The notes under the pieces are model-generated. The model saw nothing but the letters and a program-made list of their open reading frames with translations. It did not search any database and was not told where the DNA came from. Positions 6,614-10,551 of a stretch of 10,551 bases of DNA are shown piece after piece; the stretch's first letter is position 1, and each line of letters begins with the position of its first letter. The DNA lies in contig QHTZ01000043.1 of NCBI GenBank assembly GCA_003221005.1, forward strand, positions 1-10,551, read 5' to 3'. Source of the stretch: Gemmatimonadota bacterium. GTDB lineage: Bacteria; Gemmatimonadota; Gemmatimonadetes; Gemmatimonadales; GWC2-71-9. The translations under genes were made by a program, and so were the position numbers.

Positions 6614-8006
6614 AATAGACCGGCACACCGAGGAGCACGCACAGCAGGCCGAGCCCGCTGTAGGTGGTCTTCTCGACCAGCAGGGCGAGCGCGATCAGAC
6701 CGTTGAGAGCGAGATAGGCCGCCGGGAGCCAGGGGTATCCGGGCACCCGCACCGGGCGCGGCGCGCCCGGTCGCTTGAGCCGCAGCACGAACAGCCCGAC
6801 GGCCGTGAGCATGTAGAACAGCAGCGCCGCGAAGATCACGAACTCGAGCAGCTGGCTGTACGTCCCGGAGAGGCACAGCATGCTGGTCCACACCGCCTGG
6901 ACGACGAGCGCGACGGCGGGCGTCCGATACCGCGGGTGCAGCGCGCCCGCCGACCGGAAGAACAGATCGTCGCGCGACATCGCGTAGTAGACACGCGCTC
7001 CCGACAGGATCAGCCCGTTGTTGCAGCCAAACGTCGAGATCATGATCGCGACCGCCATGACGTAGAGTCCGGCGTTGCCCAGGATCACCTGCAGCGCTGC
7101 GGTGGCGACCCGGTCCTGAGGCGCGCTCGCGATGTCGCGCGCCGGGAGCACATGCAGGTAGGCGACGTTTGCGAGCAGATAGAGCACGGTGACGGTGAGG
7201 ACGCCGGCCGCCATCGCGAACGGGAGGTCCCGGGTCGGCTCTTCGAGCTCACCCGCCGCGAAGCCCACATTGTTCCACGCGTCCATCGAGAACAGGGAGC
7301 CGACCATGGCGGCCCCGAGCACCGGCAAGAGGGCCGCGGTGAGCCCGCCCGCGGGCCAGAAGTCGGGGCCGAAGTTCGCGGCGATTGCCGCGGCGTTGCG
7401 GCCGACCGTGAGCCCCAGCAGGATGAGGGCGGCGAGCGCCGCCGTCTTGATCGCGGTGAGCGTCGTCTGGATAAAGGCGGCGGTCTTCACCCCCCGGACG
7501 TTGACCCACGTGAGCACCACCACAGAGGCGATCGCGAGCAGCCGCTGGGGCGACAGGCCGACCGTGATCGGGCCGATCGGCTGGGGAAACGCGATTGTGC
7601 CGCCGAGGAAGACGTCCGGGGCGAGAGCAGGGAAGAGCACCGCGGTGAACCGCGCGAACGCCACCGCCACCGCGGCGATGGTGCCCGTCTGGATGACGAC
7701 GAACAGCGTCCAGCCGTACAGGTACCCGAACAGGGGCGAGATCCCCTCCCGCAGGTACACGTACTGACCGCCCGCCCGCGGGAACATCGCCGCGAGCTCG
7801 CCGTAGCTGAGCGCGCCCATCAACGTCACCAGCCCCGACAGCCCCCAGACGAGCAGCAGCAGCCCGGGTGCGTGCACGTCGCGGAGGATCTGGGCCGAGA
7901 CGATGAAAATCCCCGACCCGATCATCGAGCCGACCACGAGGGCGGTGGCGTCGAGCCGGGAGATCGCCCGGACGAATTCCGTCTGAGGCTGTGTCGTGCT
8001 CGCCAT
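6531..8006 (-). CDS. APC-superfamily amino acid permease (LAT/SteT-like)
   Basis: VGSMIGSGIF, YGELAAMFPRAGGQYVYL, AGELEEPTRDLP, SGARVYYAMSRD; about 12 hydrophobic segments. Confidence 0.93.
   Translation of the reverse strand: MASTTQPQTEFVRAISRLDATALVVGSMIGSGIFIVSAQILRDVHAPGLLLLVWGLSGLVTLMGALSYGELAAMFPRAGGQYVYLREGISPLFGYLYGWTLFVVIQTGTIAAVAVAFARFTAVLFPALAPDVFLGGTIAFPQPIGPITVGLSPQRLLAIASVVVLTWVNVRGVKTAAFIQTTLTAIKTAALAALILLGLTVGRNAAAIAANFGPDFWPAGGLTAALLPVLGAAMVGSLFSMDAWNNVGFAAGELEEPTRDLPFAMAAGVLTVTVLYLLANVAYLHVLPARDIASAPQDRVATAALQVILGNAGLYVMAVAIMISTFGCNNGLILSGARVYYAMSRDDLFFRSAGALHPRYRTPAVALVVQAVWTSMLCLSGTYSQLLEFVIFAALLFYMLTAVGLFVLRLKRPGAPRPVRVPGYPWLPAAYLALNGLIALALLVEKTTYSGLGLLCVLLGVPVYFIWRAVTGAGGAGGAGGAQTSGSHPGA
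6562..6595. repeat. (GC8)3-GC5 homopolymer tract; potential G-quadruplex on the minus strand
   Basis: gcccccccc three times then gcccccg, inside the pheA/permease 3' overlap. Confidence 0.85.
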
Positions 8007-8088
8007 GCGTCGCGGGACTAACCTAGTTGCTCGCGCCCCCGGCCGCTATGTTTTCGGGCAGCGATTCCTCCAACCCGAGGGCCGTGCC

Positions 8089-8703
8089 GTGCGCCTGCTG
8101 CCCCGTGAAGAGAAGTTCTTCGATCTGTTCGTCGCCGTCGCCGAGCGCAACACCGAGGCCGCGCGCCACCTGCGCGAACTGTTCGACGCGCCGCCCGAGC
8201 GCCGCAAGCCTCACGTCGAGGCGATCAAGCGGCTCGAGCACGAGGCCGACCAGGTCACGCACGAGGTGGTGAACCGGCTCGACCGCACGTTCATCACGCC
8301 GCTCGACCGCGAGGACATTCACAAGCTCGCCTCCGATCTGGACGACGTGATGGACACGATGGACGGCACGGCGCGGCGCTCGCAGATCTTCGGGCTCGGC
8401 CCCGCGCCCGAGGGCGTGAAGCTCCTCGCCGAGGTCATCCAGCGCATGGTACGCGTGCTCGCCGAGGCGGTGGGCCGCCTCAAGAAGGGCGACGACGTCA
8501 TGCGGTTCTGCGTCGAGGCGAAGGGGCTCGAGGAGGAGGGCGACGCGATCTACCACGACGCGCTCGGCCGCATGTTCGCCACGGAGCGGGACGCCCTCGA
8601 GGTCATCAAGTGGAAGGAGATCTACGACAACCTCGAGCGCACTCTCGACGAGGCGGAGGACGTGGCCAACGTGCTCGAGTCGATCACCCTGAAGCACGCC
8701 TGA
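8089..8703 (+). CDS. DUF47 / PhoU-like Pit accessory (phosphate transport regulator) protein
   Basis: LEHEADQV, TFITPLDREDI, EEEGD, IKWKEIY, AEDVAN. Start reassigned to GTG 8089 (MRLLPREEKFF) with GAGGG 7 nt upstream. Confidence 0.92.
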   Translation: MRLLPREEKFFDLFVAVAERNTEAARHLRELFDAPPERRKPHVEAIKRLEHEADQVTHEVVNRLDRTFITPLDREDIHKLASDLDDVMDTMDGTARRSQIFGLGPAPEGVKLLAEVIQRMVRVLAEAVGRLKKGDDVMRFCVEAKGLEEEGDAIYHDALGRMFATERDALEVIKWKEIYDNLERTLDEAEDVANVLESITLKHA

Positions 8704-9743
8704 TGCACGCCTCCGTGGCCGGGGTGATCGCGATCATCGTCGTCGCGCTCGCCTTCGATTTCATCAACGGGTTCCACGACGCGGCCAACTCGATCGCCAC
8801 CGTCGTGTCCACCCGCGTCCTCTCGCCCGGGTTCGCGGTCATCTGGGCCGCGGCATTCAACTTCATCGCCGTGTTCCTGTTCGGCACCGCGGTCGCGAAG
8901 ACGATCGGGAAAGGGATGATCGACATCTCCATCGTGGACGCGACGGTGACGCTGAGCGGCCTGCTCGGCGCCATCATCTGGGACCTGATCACCTGGTGGG
9001 GCGGGCTCCCCACGTCGTCGTCACACGCGCTGATCGGCGGCTACGCCGGCGCCGCCGTGGCCAAGGCGGGCTTCGGGGCGATCATCGAGGCGGGGTGGAT
9101 CAAGACGCTCGTGTTCATCGTGGTGGCACCGGTGATGGGTCTGTGCCTCGCGCTGTTCCTGACGGTGGCGCTCTCCTGGGTGCTGCGGCGCTCCCTGCCG
9201 CGGCGGGTGGACCGCACGTTCCGCGTGCTCCAGATGGCCTCGGCGGCCGCGTACTCGCTCGGCCACGGCACGAACGACGCGCAGAAGACGATGGGGATCA
9301 TCGTCGGCCTGCTCGCCGCCCCGGCGATCCAGCCGCTCTTCGTCGACTCTCCGATACGCGCCCTGCACCTCAGCTCGGCGGACGCGATCCCCGCGTGGGT
9401 CGTGGTGCTGTGCGGTGCGGCCATGGGGTTGGGCACGATGTCGGGGGGGTGGCGCATCGTGCGGACGATGGGGCAGCGGCTCACCAAGCTCACGCCGTTC
9501 GGCGGCTTCTGCGCGGAGACGAGCGGGGCGATCACGCTGTTCGTCGCGTCGCATTTCGGCATCCCCGTCAGCACGACGCACACGATCACGGGCGCCATCT
9601 CGGGCGTGGGCGCCGCGCAGCGGCTCTCGGCGGTGCGTTGGGGCTTGGCGGGACAGATCGTGTGGGCGTGGGTCCTCACGATTCCCGCGGCCGCGGGCAT
9701 CGGGGGCTTGAGCTATCTGCTATTCCATGCAGTGCTGCACTGA
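8703..9743 (+). CDS. pit: Inorganic phosphate transporter, PiT family
   Basis: NGFHDAANSIAT, GLPTSSSHA, HGTNDAQKTMG, GIPVSTTH. Its ATG at 8703 overlaps the DUF47 stop (TGATG), indicating translational coupling. Confidence 0.95.
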   Translation: MHASVAGVIAIIVVALAFDFINGFHDAANSIATVVSTRVLSPGFAVIWAAAFNFIAVFLFGTAVAKTIGKGMIDISIVDATVTLSGLLGAIIWDLITWWGGLPTSSSHALIGGYAGAAVAKAGFGAIIEAGWIKTLVFIVVAPVMGLCLALFLTVALSWVLRRSLPRRVDRTFRVLQMASAAAYSLGHGTNDAQKTMGIIVGLLAAPAIQPLFVDSPIRALHLSSADAIPAWVVVLCGAAMGLGTMSGGWRIVRTMGQRLTKLTPFGGFCAETSGAITLFVASHFGIPVSTTHTITGAISGVGAAQRLSAVRWGLAGQIVWAWVLTIPAAAGIGGLSYLLFHAVLH

Positions 9744-9810
9744 AAGACAGACGTCAGACATCAGACGTCAGCCTGACCTCTGATGTCTGATGTCTGACCT
9801 CTGTCTTTCA
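9741..9810. terminator. 31-bp-arm hairpin made of TCAGACR-type heptamers between convergent genes; possible bidirectional terminator or mRNA-stabilising repeat element
   Basis: 9741-9771 tgaaagacagacgtcagacatcagacgtcag versus the reverse complement of 9780-9810, tgaaagacagaggtcagacatcagacatcag (2 differences), with an 8-nt loop. There is no long U-tail. Confidence 0.55.
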
Positions 9811-10380
9811 CCTTCTCCAAATCGATCATCTTCACCCCATCCACGTACTCCGTCACCGGCGCGTGAGAGACATTCACGAGCTTGTCCATGCTGTCGCGGA
9901 TGCGACGCGTCATCTTCATGATGCTCTCGAGCGACGCCTGATCCTCGGGATGGGTGATGCGGGCGTCCTGCTCGAGGAGCTGACCTTCCGCGAGGATGGT
10001 GGCGAGGGCGTTGTTCACCTCGTGCCGCATCGCCACCGCCAGCTGGCTGATCACGGCCACCCGCTCCCCCTGGATCGCGCGGTTGTAGAACTCGTGCAGC
10101 TGCTCCGACAGCCACCCCACCGAAACAGCACCGTGCCCATGACGAGCCCCGCGACCGCGCCACGTAGGCCGTACGTGAGCGACAATAGATAGGCGGGGAC
10201 TAGCGTCAGCAGCCAGATCAAATCGCGGTACGGCACTTCTTCCGACGCCACGAACTGGAGCACGAGGCTCGGCGCGAGGTAGGCGACGGCGCAGTACACC
10301 CACCAGCGCCGCGGCAGCGGCGGGCGGTGCGCCAGGGGCGTGAACCCCAGGAAGTCGACGAGTCGCAGGCGCGTTCCCAA
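9761..10380 (-). pseudogene. Frameshifted membrane protein with HisKA dimerisation/phosphoacceptor domain and no HATPase domain
   Basis: The frame from TTG 10380 encodes TM helices up to VMGTVLF (10123). A second frame continues SVGWLSEQL...MRHEVNNALATI...TEYVDGVKMIDL. The junction lies near 10121-10128. Confidence 0.7.
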
Positions 10381-10446
10381 CCCTAGAGTTTCCCGGACCT
10401 CGGGTCGCCACCAATCTCGCTAGCGGATGCCCGCCCCGCGAGCCTG

Positions 10447-10551
10447 TCAGTCCGCGAAGATGCGCTTCAGGCCGCGCTCCGTCTCCGCCAACGCCTCCTG
10501 AAAGTGCTGCAGCTCGTCGCCGTACCCGAACCGCAGGTGGCCGGGCACGCC
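10447..10551 (-). CDS. C-terminal fragment of a probable PLP-dependent aminotransferase class I/II
   Basis: Manual translation GVPGHLRFGYGDELQHFQEALAETERGLKRIFAD* matches the G-x-x-R-x-G/S motif plus terminal helix of fold-type I aminotransferases. Only 34 aa are visible. Confidence 0.6.
   Translation of the reverse strand, partial: GVPGHLRFGYGDELQHFQEALAETERGLKRIFAD

Noticed and set aside
849-8021. Long alternative-frame or antisense ORFs (e.g. 849-1718, 1394-2452, 2978-4078, 3541-4803, 4520-5680, 6459-8021)
   Set aside because: Arg/Pro/Ala-rich shadow frames of well-supported genes, expected at high GC; no family motifs.
8047-8058. TATGTT followed by a single TTCGGG upstream of DUF47, as a possible operator or Pho box
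   Set aside because: Only one half-site, no 11-bp repeat and no resemblance to CTGTCAT Pho-box repeats. TATGTT could be a -10, but its spacing to TTGCTC is only 14 nt.
7996-8088. Track start of the DUF47 ORF at 7996
   Set aside because: It overlaps the permease start. GTG 8089 has an SD sequence and gives a family-typical N-terminus.
8610-8702. Track start of the Pit ORF at 8610
   Set aside because: It lies inside DUF47. The ATG at 8703 in the TGATG overlap is the more plausible start.

Overview
GC-rich bacterial window with no rRNA, tRNA, CRISPR array or mobile element; the short 7-8-nt repeat hairpins and gene content suggest Gemmatimonadota, which is inference only. In order: a 5'-truncated secreted protein fusing a Vps62/NPP1-like domain to an outer-membrane beta-barrel; two tandem DUF72 (YecE-family) paralogs; a convergent SplB/Rv2578c-like radical SAM gene preceded by an unannotated 48-aa six-cysteine ORF; prephenate dehydratase; an APC amino acid permease; a DUF47-Pit phosphate transport pair; a frameshifted membrane protein with a HisKA H-box but no ATPase domain; and the 3' end of a probable class I/II aminotransferase. 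The most interesting part is 2486-5711, a candidate damage-inducible DNA-repair module. It combines a repeat operator over a sigma70-type -10 box, a stand-alone NrdJ-tail-like cysteine microprotein, an octamer-repeat hairpin covering the radical SAM start site, and beta-clamp-like motifs at protein termini.
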